From an uncultured Clostridia bacterium (GTDB taxonomy: Bacteria; Bacillota; Clostridia; Oscillospirales; CAG-272): a DNA stretch of 26,081 nucleotides. Under the pieces are notes generated by a model that did not search any database, was not told the origin of the DNA, and worked only from the letters and a program-made list of their open reading frames with translations. A program made the position numbers and the translations under genes. Shown here in pieces: positions 14,950 to 23,555 of the stretch. Numbering within the stretch: position 1 is the first letter of the stretch; every line of letters starts with the position of its first letter. The stretch covers positions 1-26,081 of the forward strand of contig CAMJDE010000001.1 of NCBI GenBank assembly GCA_946404295.1, read 5' to 3'.

Positions 14950-15621
14950 TCAGAGCGTCCCGAGAAACGCGATCACCCGGTCGGCGAGCCGACGGGCTCC
15001 GGCGTCGTTCGGATGCAGTCCGTCGGGGCAGAACGCCGCGCGCTGCTCTTCGATCATAGGTTGGATCCCCGCCGTCGCGAACAGGTCGAGGACGGGGAGA
15101 GAAAACTCCGCCGCAACCTCCTTGATCGCCCTCACGTAGTCGCGAAGAGGATGGCAGGGAAGCCCGATCTCGTTTGTCGTCGTGTTCTCGCTTCTTCTGT
15201 GGAGCGGGGTCATCAGGACGATCCGCTTGGTCGGGTAGCGGCGAATCAGGCGCAGGCAGAGCGAGCGGAGCGCGCCGTAGAAGGTGTATTCGCTCTCGGG
15301 TCCGTCCGACGGAGTACCGAGTTTTCCGTTCCCGTGTCCGAAATCGTTGGTGCCGCCGAACACGACGATCACGTCGGCGTCGGGGTCGATGCCGTCCACA
15401 CGATCGAGGAAGCATTGGTCGTACTTGGGTTTGGCGCCGGGATACTCGGAGCGGGCGATCCGGGTGCCGCCGATTCCGTAGTTCAGAACGCGGATGTCGC
15501 TCCATTCGCGCGCAATCACGCCGACGAAGCCGTTTTCGGGCTTGGACGCTCCGCAGCCCTCGGTGATGCTGTCGCCGAGGAACGCGACGGTCGCGATCGG
15601 TTTGTTCAGGTTGAGTTCCAT
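14950..15621 (-). CDS. SGNH/GDSL hydrolase family protein
   Basis: Block I FLGDSIT, block II GIGG, block III FGGTND and block V DGLHP. Confidence 0.93.
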   Translation of the reverse strand: MELNLNKPIATVAFLGDSITEGCGASKPENGFVGVIAREWSDIRVLNYGIGGTRIARSEYPGAKPKYDQCFLDRVDGIDPDADVIVVFGGTNDFGHGNGKLGTPSDGPESEYTFYGALRSLCLRLIRRYPTKRIVLMTPLHRRSENTTTNEIGLPCHPLRDYVRAIKEVAAEFSLPVLDLFATAGIQPMIEEQRAAFCPDGLHPNDAGARRLADRVIAFLGTL

Positions 15622-15635
15622 ATCTGTATCCTTTC

Positions 15636-16601
15636 TTATTCCGCGTCTTGCGGGTCGATTTCGGGTTGAGGCGGATCCTTCTTTTTGCCGATCCGCGAGA
15701 GAAGCGGGAAGGCGAGCGGCCAGAGCAGCCCAGCCGCGATCACGACGATAAAGTAGCGGATCGCGTGGGAGAAGAGCGCGCCGCCGAACAGCAGCGAAAA
15801 CAGCGGCTTCAGTCCCTCTTTCAGTCCGAGCGCGAGGGCAAGCCCGCCGACCAGTTTGACGATCTGCGCCGGGAGCGGAGCCTCGGTCTTATAGTTGATA
15901 TACCGCGGTTCGATCAGCGAGAACAGCAGCATCGCCGAAACCGAGCCGACAAGCGTCCAACCGTTCTTCTGCGCCTCGGCGAGGTTCACGGGGTCGGTGT
16001 CGGCGGGGAAGGGGAAGAGCAGGGTGAAGAGCAGAAAAGCGACCGAGGCGAACAGACAAAAGGACACCCACACGACGAGCGCCCTTTGTCCCCGGTCGCG
16101 CGAAAAGACGGGGTAAATCGCGAACACGAGCAGAAGCGCGCAGCCGGCGCCGCAGAGCACGTCGGCGGGCGTATGCACGCCGAGAAAGAGCCGCGAGAAG
16201 GGGACGAGCACAGAGAGAAGCGGGAACACGATCCGCGCCGCCTTGCTCTTGCGGTGCCAAAGCGCGAGCGAACCGTAGACGCCGACGGCGTTCTGCGCGT
16301 GCCCCGACGGGAAGGAATAGCCCGTCGCCTCCGCCCGCGCGCTCTCCCAGATCGTGAAATCCGGGTCGCGCACCCACGGACGGGGAACGCGGAAGAGGAT
16401 CTTTAAGGTCTGATTGACGACCGTGCCGAGAAATCCGACCGAGAGGACGTAAAAGCCCTCGCGCTTGTCGACGCACCAAAGGAGAAAGAGCGAAACCACG
16501 AGGAACGCCGCTTCGCCTCCGAAATTGGTTAAGAAGGAAAAGATCGTGGCGAGCCAAGGGGCGGCATGCCGGATCTTTTCAAGTACGTAGAGGAAAGACA
16601 C
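15636..16601 (-). CDS. PAP2 family membrane phosphatase
   Basis: KILFRVPRP, FPSGH and SRLFLGVH..DV motifs; multiple TMs; GTG start after GGAGG. Confidence 0.9.
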   Translation of the reverse strand: MSFLYVLEKIRHAAPWLATIFSFLTNFGGEAAFLVVSLFLLWCVDKREGFYVLSVGFLGTVVNQTLKILFRVPRPWVRDPDFTIWESARAEATGYSFPSGHAQNAVGVYGSLALWHRKSKAARIVFPLLSVLVPFSRLFLGVHTPADVLCGAGCALLLVFAIYPVFSRDRGQRALVVWVSFCLFASVAFLLFTLLFPFPADTDPVNLAEAQKNGWTLVGSVSAMLLFSLIEPRYINYKTEAPLPAQIVKLVGGLALALGLKEGLKPLFSLLFGGALFSHAIRYFIVVIAAGLLWPLAFPLLSRIGKKKDPPQPEIDPQDAE

Positions 16602-16634
16602 AGGTTCGCCTCCTCTCGGAAAGTCAAGAAAGAA

Positions 16635-18056
16635 TCAGTCGTTTTTGCCTGCCAGCGCTTCGTCGATCGCTTTTGCGGCGGTCTTGCCCGCGCCCATCGC
16701 GAGAATGACGGTCGCGGCGCCGGTCACGGCGTCGCCCCCGGCGTAGACGCCCGGTTTCGAGGTCAGCCCGGTCGCCTCCTCGACGACGATCCCGCCCCGG
16801 CGGTTCACGTCGAGCCCGGCGGTCGTCGACTTGATCAGCGGGTTGGGGCTGGTGCCGATCGACATCACCACGGCGTCGACGTCAAGCACGAACTCCGAGC
16901 CGGGGACCTCGACGGGCGAGCGTCTGCCCGACGCGTCGGGTTCGCCGAGTTCCATCTTGATACATTCGATCCCGGTGACGAACCCGTTTTTCGGGTCGCG
17001 CCGGTCGTTTTCGTTCTGATAACCGAGGATGCGGACGGGATTGGTGAGGAGCCGGAAATCGATCCCCTCCTCCATCGCGTGTTCGACCTCTTCGCGCCGG
17101 GCGGGCAGTTCTTCCAGCCCGCGGCGGTAGACGACGTAGACCTTCTCCGCGCCCAGACGGAGCGCGGTGCGCGCGGCGTCCATCGCCACGTTCCCGCCGC
17201 CGACGACGGCGACCCGCTTCGCTCGCAGGATCGGGGTCGCGCTGCCCTCGCGGTAGGCGCCCATCAGGTTGCTTCGCGTCAGATATTCGTTCGCCGAGTA
17301 GACGCCTTTCAGCGCCTCGCCCGGGATCCCCATAAAGCGGGGAAGTCCCGCGCCCGAACCGATAAAGACGGCTTCATAGCCCATATCAAAGAGTCGGTCG
17401 ACCGTCAGCGTCTTGCCGATGATGACGTTGGTCTCGAAGTCGACGCCGAGCGCGCGAAGCGTGTCGATCTCGCGGCGCACGATGGTTTTCGGAAGCCGGA
17501 ATTCGGGAATCCCGTACATCAGGACCCCGCCCGCGACGTGCAGCGCCTCGTAGACCGTGACGGCGTAGCCGCGCTTTGCGAGGTCGCCCGCGCAGGAAAG
17601 TCCCGAGGGGCCGGAACCGACGACGGCGACCTTGTGTCCGTTCGGCGCGGGACGCGCGGGTTTTGTCGAGACGTTTTCGTTATGCCAATCGGCGACGAAC
17701 CGTTCGAGCCGACCGATTCCGACGGGCTCGCCCTTGATCCCGCGGACGCACTTGGATTCGCATTGCGTTTCCTGCGGGCAGACGCGCCCGCAGACGGCGG
17801 GAAGCGACGACGAGGCGGTGATGACCTCGTACGCCCCCTCGAAATCGCCCTCCCGCACCTTTTCGATAAAGGCGGGGATGCGGATGTTCACGGGACAGCC
17901 CGAGACGCAGGGCATATTCTTGCAGTTGAGGCAGCGGGCGGCTTCGTCGAGGGCGGTCGCCTCGTCGTAGCCGAGGGCGACCTCCCCGAAATTACGGGCG
18001 CGGACCGCGGGGTCCTGCACCGGCATAGGGTTCTTTTTCAAAGACATATTCGGCAT
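16635..18056 (-). CDS. nfnB: NfnB/SudA-type large subunit of electron-bifurcating transhydrogenase (commonly annotated NADPH-dependent glutamate synthase, gltA)
   Basis: Fe-S motifs CLNC...CVSGCP and CGRVCPQETQCESKC; GSGPSG, GGGNVAMDAAR and GGDAVTGAATV. Adjacent to an NfnA-type gene. Confidence 0.85.
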   Translation of the reverse strand: MPNMSLKKNPMPVQDPAVRARNFGEVALGYDEATALDEAARCLNCKNMPCVSGCPVNIRIPAFIEKVREGDFEGAYEVITASSSLPAVCGRVCPQETQCESKCVRGIKGEPVGIGRLERFVADWHNENVSTKPARPAPNGHKVAVVGSGPSGLSCAGDLAKRGYAVTVYEALHVAGGVLMYGIPEFRLPKTIVRREIDTLRALGVDFETNVIIGKTLTVDRLFDMGYEAVFIGSGAGLPRFMGIPGEALKGVYSANEYLTRSNLMGAYREGSATPILRAKRVAVVGGGNVAMDAARTALRLGAEKVYVVYRRGLEELPARREEVEHAMEEGIDFRLLTNPVRILGYQNENDRRDPKNGFVTGIECIKMELGEPDASGRRSPVEVPGSEFVLDVDAVVMSIGTSPNPLIKSTTAGLDVNRRGGIVVEEATGLTSKPGVYAGGDAVTGAATVILAMGAGKTAAKAIDEALAGKND

Positions 18057-18074
18057 TTTTTCAATCCGCCCCCC

Positions 18075-18917
18075 TTACTTGTTCTCGCTTTTGAAGAGGT
18101 TGCAGTCCTCTTCGCGCTTTGCCGCCTCGAAATCGCGATACATCGCCGAGCGGCTCATCGCTTCGTCGAAATCGATCTTGTAGCCGTCGAAATCGGGTCC
18201 GTCGACGCAGGCGAACTTGGTCTCGCCCCCGACGGTCAGGCGGCAGCCGCCGCACATCCCGGTCCCGTCGATCATGATCGGGTTCATCGAGACGACGGTC
18301 GGAGTGCCGAAGGGACGCGCCGTGGCGACGACGAACTTCATCATGATCAGGGGACCGATCGTGATGATCTCGTCGTAGTTCTCGCCCGCCGAGAGCCACT
18401 CGCCGAGCGGGAGGGTGACGACGCCCTGCCGCCCCGCGCTCCCGTCGTCGGTCATGACGGCGAGCCGGTCGGAGACGGCGGCGAATTCGTTTTCGAGGAT
18501 CAGGAGATCCTTCGAGCGGAAGCCGATCACGGTATGCACCTCGCAGCCGAGGCGGTGGAGTTCCTCGGCGATCGGAAGCGCGATGGCGCAGCCGACGCCG
18601 CCCCCGACGACGCAGACCTTTTTCAGCCCCTCGACCTCGGTCGGTTTGCCGAGAGGACCCGCGAAATCGGGAATGGTATCGCCGACGTTCTTGCGGTTCA
18701 GGGCGGCGGTCGTCGCGCCGACGATCTGGAAGATGATGCGGACGGTCCCTCTCTCGCGGTCGTATCCCGCGACGGTCAGGGGGATGCGCTCGCCGTCCTC
18801 GTCCACGCGCAGGATGACGAACTGCCCGGGGCGGGCGGCGGCGGCGACGAGCGGCGCCTCGATCTCCATCAGCGTAACGGTGGGATTCAGACTCCGTTTT
18901 TCTTTGATACGATACAT
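18075..18917 (-). CDS. nfnA: NfnA/SudB-type small subunit (dihydroorotate dehydrogenase electron-transfer-like FAD/NAD protein)
   Basis: PGQFVILR, ERIPLT, GPLG, GGGVG and MNPIMIDGTGMCGGCR...ACVDGPDF ([2Fe-2S] with Asp ligand). Confidence 0.85.
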   Translation of the reverse strand: MYRIKEKRSLNPTVTLMEIEAPLVAAAARPGQFVILRVDEDGERIPLTVAGYDRERGTVRIIFQIVGATTAALNRKNVGDTIPDFAGPLGKPTEVEGLKKVCVVGGGVGCAIALPIAEELHRLGCEVHTVIGFRSKDLLILENEFAAVSDRLAVMTDDGSAGRQGVVTLPLGEWLSAGENYDEIITIGPLIMMKFVVATARPFGTPTVVSMNPIMIDGTGMCGGCRLTVGGETKFACVDGPDFDGYKIDFDEAMSRSAMYRDFEAAKREEDCNLFKSENK

Positions 18918-18966
18918 GGGTTTCCTTTCTGCCGATCGGCTCGAACGAGCGAAAATATTAAAAATA

Positions 18967-18996
18967 ATTATACCAAACCGCGCCCCGTCTTGTCAA
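18967..18996 (-). promoter_or_regulatory. sigma-A promoter of nfnAB
   Basis: Minus strand TTGACA-N18-TATAAT with extended -10 TG. Confidence 0.75.
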
Positions 18997-19086
18997 GAGC
19001 GGAGGCGCGTTTTTCGGCGGTTTTTCGGGGCGGGAAGGGGGAAAAACGAAAAAAGCGGTCGGATGTAATCAGTTTCGTTTCACCCG

Positions 19087-19115
19087 TTGACATCCGCGCG
19101 GGAATGTGATAAAAT
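19087..19115 (+). promoter_or_regulatory. sigma-A promoter of CYTH operon
   Basis: TTGACA-N17-TAAAAT with extended -10 TG. Confidence 0.75.
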
Positions 19116-19147
19116 ATGAAAAAGAGATATCGTGGGGGAGAAGGTCT

Positions 19148-19672
19148 ATGCGGACGCCGGGGATCCCGTTGGAAATCGAGCGGAAATATCTGATCCGGAT
19201 GCCCGATCCCGGCTTTCTTTCGTCGCTTCCCGGCTGCGTCGTGTCCCGAATCGAGCAGACCTATCTGCCTGATCCCGCCCCCGGCGTGACCGAGCGCATC
19301 CGGCTTCGCCGCTTTCCCGATCGGGTCGAGTACACCCACACGGTGAAACTCCGGCTCTCGGACACGACGGCGCGGGAGGAGGAAGAAACGCTCTCCGAGG
19401 ACGCCTACCGCGCGCTCCTTTCCCGCCGCGATCCCTCCCTTCAAACCCTCTCGAAAACGCGCTACGCCTTTCCGATCGGGGGGCAGGTCTACGAGGTCGA
19501 CGTCTATCCGTTCTGGGAGAAAACGGCGGTGCTCGAGACCGAACTTTCCGACGCCGCGCTCCGCGCGCCGATCCCGCCCTTCCTCTCGGTGATCCGCGAG
19601 CTGACGGGGGAGAGGGCGTATTCCAACCGCAATCTTGCCCGGCGGATCCCGCCGGAACCCGACCTCAAGTAA
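19148..19672 (+). CDS. CYTH domain (triphosphate tunnel metalloenzyme) protein
   Basis: EIERKYL (ExExK), RIRLR, KTRY, YEVDVYPFW and LETEL. Start set at ATG 19148, downstream of the promoter. Confidence 0.88.
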   Translation: MRTPGIPLEIERKYLIRMPDPGFLSSLPGCVVSRIEQTYLPDPAPGVTERIRLRRFPDRVEYTHTVKLRLSDTTAREEEETLSEDAYRALLSRRDPSLQTLSKTRYAFPIGGQVYEVDVYPFWEKTAVLETELSDAALRAPIPPFLSVIRELTGERAYSNRNLARRIPPEPDLK

Positions 19673-19708
19673 CGGTCGAATCAATATTTACAGAAAGGAG
19701 ATCCGGAC

Positions 19709-21118
19709 GTGTTTCCAGGTGAAACCCCGGTGTCCGGGACGCGGTCCCGCGGATATAAGTTCAACGGAATATTCGGCTCGGTCACGGTGACGGCTCTGCT
19801 CTTTCTTTTGGCGCTCGCGTTCGCCTGGTTCAAGTGGTACGTCGCCGGAGCCGTCGCCTTTGCCCTGATCGCGGCGGCGGAACTCGTGTTCTGCTCCGAT
19901 CTGTCGGTCCCGGCGTTCCCGCTCCTGCTCCTCTCGGTCATCGTTCTCCCCTGCTACGACAGTTTCGATATCTTCGTCCGGTTCGCCTGGGTGATCCCGG
20001 TCTTTCTCGTCGCGTTCTTCTACAATCTGATCGTCTTCCGGGAAAAGATGAAGATCGGGCGTACCTTCTTCGGTCTCGTCGCCGTCATGGTCGCTCTGAT
20101 GGTCGGCGGGACGGGATTTATCGCGCGGGAGGATCTGCTCTCCCCCATGTCGCTTTTCTACGTTCTTTCGCTCGGGCTGGGGATGGTCCTCTTCTATCTG
20201 TTTATCAAATCGCGCTTCTCGCGCTTCAATATCTACGGGATCTTCGGCAGGATCGCTCCGGCGATGTACCTCGTCGGGATCCTTTGCTGCGTCATTATCC
20301 TGCTCTACACGGTCCGGGACAACCCTATCGACCCCGTGTTCCCCGACCGCATTTTCTACAATCTGCATCACGCAGAGTTCCGCGCGTCGAATAACCTTTC
20401 GACCGTACTGATGCTGGCGATGCCCTTCCCGGTCTGGTACGCCCTGAAACAGCATCCCGTGCATATTCTGACCTGCTTTATTTTCTATTTTGCCATCATC
20501 ACCGCCGGCTCGCGCGCCGGAGTTATGCTCGGGGCGATCGAACTCTTCCTCTGCTTCCTCTCCTGGCTGCGCTACTGCGGTCCGATCTCGAAGAAGATCG
20601 GGACGTTCTTCGGCCCCATCCTGATCCTGCTCGGGCTGATCACGACGCACTGGTTCTTGACGAGTTATCCCGATTTCGGCGTGGTCAACGACGGCGAGTT
20701 CCGGGTCAGCGCGATCGAGATCGCCATCCGCGAGTTCCGCGAGCATCCGATCTTCGGGATCGGGCTCCGCAATCACGCCCTCGACGAGATCTATCAGCCG
20801 AAGAAGGGCGCGCTCTGCTGGTTCCATATGTATTTCCCGCAGATCTTCGCCTCGATGGGGCTCTTCGGCTTCTTCTCCTATCTCTTGCAGTTGTTCCTGC
20901 GCGGGACGCTGATCTTCAAAAGAAAACGCGGACCCGTCCGCTCGACTCTCGGGCTCTCGTATATCGGGCTGTTTCTGATGTCGCAGCTCAACCCCGGCGA
21001 GTTCTGCCCGTTTCCTTACGCCCTGATGGCGGTCGCGATCTTCGTGATGCTCGAACAACTTGAAGAGACCGAACGCCTCGCGCGCCTGCTCGCCCCCGAA
21101 TGGGGAGAGAACGCTTGA
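19709..21118 (+). CDS. O-antigen ligase (Wzy_C)-like polytopic membrane protein
   Basis: About 12 TMs; TAGSRAG, FREHPIFGIG and H...QIFASMGLFG patterns. Confidence 0.7.
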   Translation: MFPGETPVSGTRSRGYKFNGIFGSVTVTALLFLLALAFAWFKWYVAGAVAFALIAAAELVFCSDLSVPAFPLLLLSVIVLPCYDSFDIFVRFAWVIPVFLVAFFYNLIVFREKMKIGRTFFGLVAVMVALMVGGTGFIAREDLLSPMSLFYVLSLGLGMVLFYLFIKSRFSRFNIYGIFGRIAPAMYLVGILCCVIILLYTVRDNPIDPVFPDRIFYNLHHAEFRASNNLSTVLMLAMPFPVWYALKQHPVHILTCFIFYFAIITAGSRAGVMLGAIELFLCFLSWLRYCGPISKKIGTFFGPILILLGLITTHWFLTSYPDFGVVNDGEFRVSAIEIAIREFREHPIFGIGLRNHALDEIYQPKKGALCWFHMYFPQIFASMGLFGFFSYLLQLFLRGTLIFKRKRGPVRSTLGLSYIGLFLMSQLNPGEFCPFPYALMAVAIFVMLEQLEETERLARLLAPEWGENA

Positions 21119-21148
21119 TTTGACGATTACTTCAAAGGAGATACAACC

Positions 21149-22111
21149 ATGACCGAACTCGAACAAAAAATCTATGACCTCGGCGTGATCCCGGTGATCA
21201 AGATCGGGAACCCCGACGACGCGATCCCGCTTGCGAAGGCGCTGATCGACGGCGGACTTCCCGCCGCGGAGATCACTTTCCGCACCTCCTGCGCCGCCGA
21301 GGCGATCAAGAAGATCACAAAGGCGTACCCCGAGATGCTGGTGCTTGCCGGCACCGTCCTCAATCCCGCGCAGGTCGACGCCGCCGTCGAGGCGGGCGCG
21401 AAGATGATCGTCAGCCCGGGTCTCAACCCCAAGACCGTCGCCTACTGCAAGTCGAAGAACATTCCGATCATTCCCGGCACCGCCAACCCCTCGGATATCG
21501 AGCAGGCGATCGAACTCGGGCTCGACACCGTCAAGTTCTTCCCGGCGGAGGCGGTCGGCGGGCTCAAAATGCTGAAAGCCATGTCCGCCCCCTACGGCGC
21601 GATGCGCTTTATGCCGACCGGCGGCATCAACGCCGACAATCTGCTCTCCTATCTCCAGTTCGACAAGATCATCTGCTGCGGCGGGAGCTTTATGGTGAAG
21701 GACGACCTGATCCGCGAGGGGAAGTGGGACGAGATCACCGCCCTGACCCGCGGCGCCGTCCGCGCGATGCTCGGCTTTGAGTTCGCGCACGTCGGCATCA
21801 ACTCCGAGAACAAGGACGAGGCGCTCCGGGCGGCGAAACTGCTCGAAACCATGTTCGGGCTCCCGATCCGCGAGACGAGCAAGAGTTATTTCACCGGCGC
21901 GCCGTTTGAGGTGATGATGGCGAAGGGACCCGGCAAGAACGGGCATATCGGCATCAAGACCAACTTCGTCGACCGCGCGATGGCGTACTTCAAACGGAAC
22001 GGCTACGCGATCGACGAGACCTCGATCACCTACGCCGACAACGGCAAGCCGAAGTTCTTCTATCTGAAGGACGAGATCCTCGGCTTTGCGTTCCATATCG
22101 TGCAGAAATAA
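21149..22111 (+). CDS. eda: KDPG/KHG aldolase with ~110-aa C-terminal extension
   Basis: GVIPVI, AEITFRT (catalytic E/R), GAGTV-like LAGTV, IVSPG, VKFFPA (Schiff-base K) and PTGGI. Confidence 0.92.
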   Translation: MTELEQKIYDLGVIPVIKIGNPDDAIPLAKALIDGGLPAAEITFRTSCAAEAIKKITKAYPEMLVLAGTVLNPAQVDAAVEAGAKMIVSPGLNPKTVAYCKSKNIPIIPGTANPSDIEQAIELGLDTVKFFPAEAVGGLKMLKAMSAPYGAMRFMPTGGINADNLLSYLQFDKIICCGGSFMVKDDLIREGKWDEITALTRGAVRAMLGFEFAHVGINSENKDEALRAAKLLETMFGLPIRETSKSYFTGAPFEVMMAKGPGKNGHIGIKTNFVDRAMAYFKRNGYAIDETSITYADNGKPKFFYLKDEILGFAFHIVQK

Positions 22112-22116
22112 GAAAG

Positions 22117-22321
22117 CAGACCGAGAGAAACGCGGCAGGATTCGTCGTTTTCGGACTCGTCGGCGTACAGGCGTACGACAGAGGGCGAAAGCGGCGAAAG
22201 GCAAGGCGGGACGGGCAAAATTGCCCGTCCCGCCCGTATTTTTGTACGCCGTCTTTTTCTTTTCGCGTTTGCTCGTCGATTCTTGCGCTTTTGTATGCCG
22301 GTCGTGCAGGTTTGTCGACGG
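22117..22321 (+). repeat. dispersed structured intergenic element, copy 2
   Basis: Starts CAGACCGAGAGAAACGCGGCAGG 5 nt after the eda stop; reverse complement of copy 1 as written on the + strand. Confidence 0.9.
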
Positions 22322-22325
22322 AGTG

Positions 22326-22360
22326 AGAAGCGCCAACCCGTGCGGGTCGGCGCTTCTTTT
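22326..22360. terminator. terminator between convergent eda and deoR-like gene
   Basis: AGAAGCGCC-AACCCG-TG-CGGGTC-GGCGCTTCT-TTT. Confidence 0.8.
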
Positions 22361-22372
22361 GTTTGGTTTCTT

Positions 22373-23173
22373 TCAGTCGTTCGCTCCGGGCAGCCGGGCG
22401 ATCGAAAGTTCGGTTCCCGCCTCTTTGATCGCGCGGACGATCGCCTCGGGGATCGGGATCGACGCGTCGGTCACGAGACGGTCGACGCTGCTGAATTCGG
22501 AATAAAGGAAGAAACTGTTCTTGCCGAACTTGTCGCTCTCGGCAAGGACGATGCGGGTCTCGGAGTGCGAGAAGAGACGCGAGGTGAACTCCGCCTCAAG
22601 GTTGTTCCAGAGGAACACGCCCTTCTCCGAAACGGCGGTCGCGCCCGAAAACGCTTTGTTGAAATAGAGCCGGTCGAGCATCGGCGTACAGTCGCCCTGG
22701 ATCACGCATCCGTTCCGCGCGTTGAGCGTCCCGCCGAGCATAATGATCGTGCCGGTGAAGTCGCCGCGTTTGATCTTGCGATGCAGAACCATCGCGATCT
22801 CGGGGGAGCAGGTCGTGATCACCAGATCTTTTTTCCCGAAGATCGCCTCGGCGAACGCCTCGGTCGTCGAGCCCTCGTCGATCACGATCGCGTCGCCGTC
22901 CGAGAGCAGACTTGCCGCAAGCGCGCCGATCGCCCGCTTCTCGTTCGGAAAGCAGAGTTTGCGTTCCTCGAGATCGAATTCGTGCCGTACGGGCGGGAGC
23001 AGGACGACGCCGCCGTGGACGCGGCGGATCGGTTCCTTCTGCGAGAGAAGCGAGAGATCGCGGCGGACCGTTTCGGTCGTCACGTCGAAGGTTTGCGCAA
23101 GATCGGCGATCGTCGCCCGTCCGTCGCGGCGGACGATCTCGAGCATCGCGTTTTGTCTTTCCTTTGCCAGCAT
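22373..23173 (-). CDS. DeoR/GlpR family transcriptional regulator
   Basis: ERQNAML...FDVTTETVRRDL...RRVHGG HTH; EKRAIG; DEGSTT; LAESDKFG. Confidence 0.93.
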   Translation of the reverse strand: MLAKERQNAMLEIVRRDGRATIADLAQTFDVTTETVRRDLSLLSQKEPIRRVHGGVVLLPPVRHEFDLEERKLCFPNEKRAIGALAASLLSDGDAIVIDEGSTTEAFAEAIFGKKDLVITTCSPEIAMVLHRKIKRGDFTGTIIMLGGTLNARNGCVIQGDCTPMLDRLYFNKAFSGATAVSEKGVFLWNNLEAEFTSRLFSHSETRIVLAESDKFGKNSFFLYSEFSSVDRLVTDASIPIPEAIVRAIKEAGTELSIARLPGAND

Positions 23174-23202
23174 TGGCTTTCTCCTGTCTTTTTATTGTTT
23201 TC

Positions 23203-23231
23203 ATTATAGCAATTTTATGTTGATTTGTCAA
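23203..23231 (-). promoter_or_regulatory. sigma-A promoter of DeoR gene
   Basis: Minus strand TTGACA-N17-TATAAT with extended -10 TG. Confidence 0.85.
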
Positions 23232-23468
23232 TATCGCTTTTGGTTTTTCGGACTGTTTCCGAGAGGATCGAAAAAAAAGCCAACCGGAACCCCAAAACCC
23301 GAAAAGAGCCGCGACGAGGCGGCGAAACGGCGCCCTCGGACGGGAAAGCCACAAGAAACCAAATCGCGGGGGGCGATTCTCTTTCCGCCCGACCGTTTTC
23401 CGCCCCGCACGTCGCGGGGGCGGTTTGCAAACGTCTTTCAAAAAAATCGAAAAAGGTCTTCAAACCTG

Positions 23469-23497
23469 TTGCAAAACGTGCGCGGAAATGGTATAAT
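23469..23497 (+). promoter_or_regulatory. sigma-A promoter of MFS gene
   Basis: TTGCAA-N17-TATAAT with extended -10 TG. Confidence 0.8.
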
Positions 23498-23555
23498 GAT
23501 AATCTAATATTTTCGGGACGTTAGGATAAACCGATTAGAATGTGAGGAAACGTGC

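Noticed and set aside
16566-19109. 847-aa + strand ORF, and similar long ORFs 8617-10545(+), 19688-22336(-), 14107-15669(+), 23535-24911(-)
   Set aside because: Antisense shadows of well-supported genes. GC-rich codon bias removes stops on the opposite strand. No RBS or motifs, and low-complexity R/G/D/A composition.
23420-23445. CcpA cre site
   Set aside because: TTGCAAACGTCTTTCA fits only the left half of the WTGNAANCGNWNNCW consensus.
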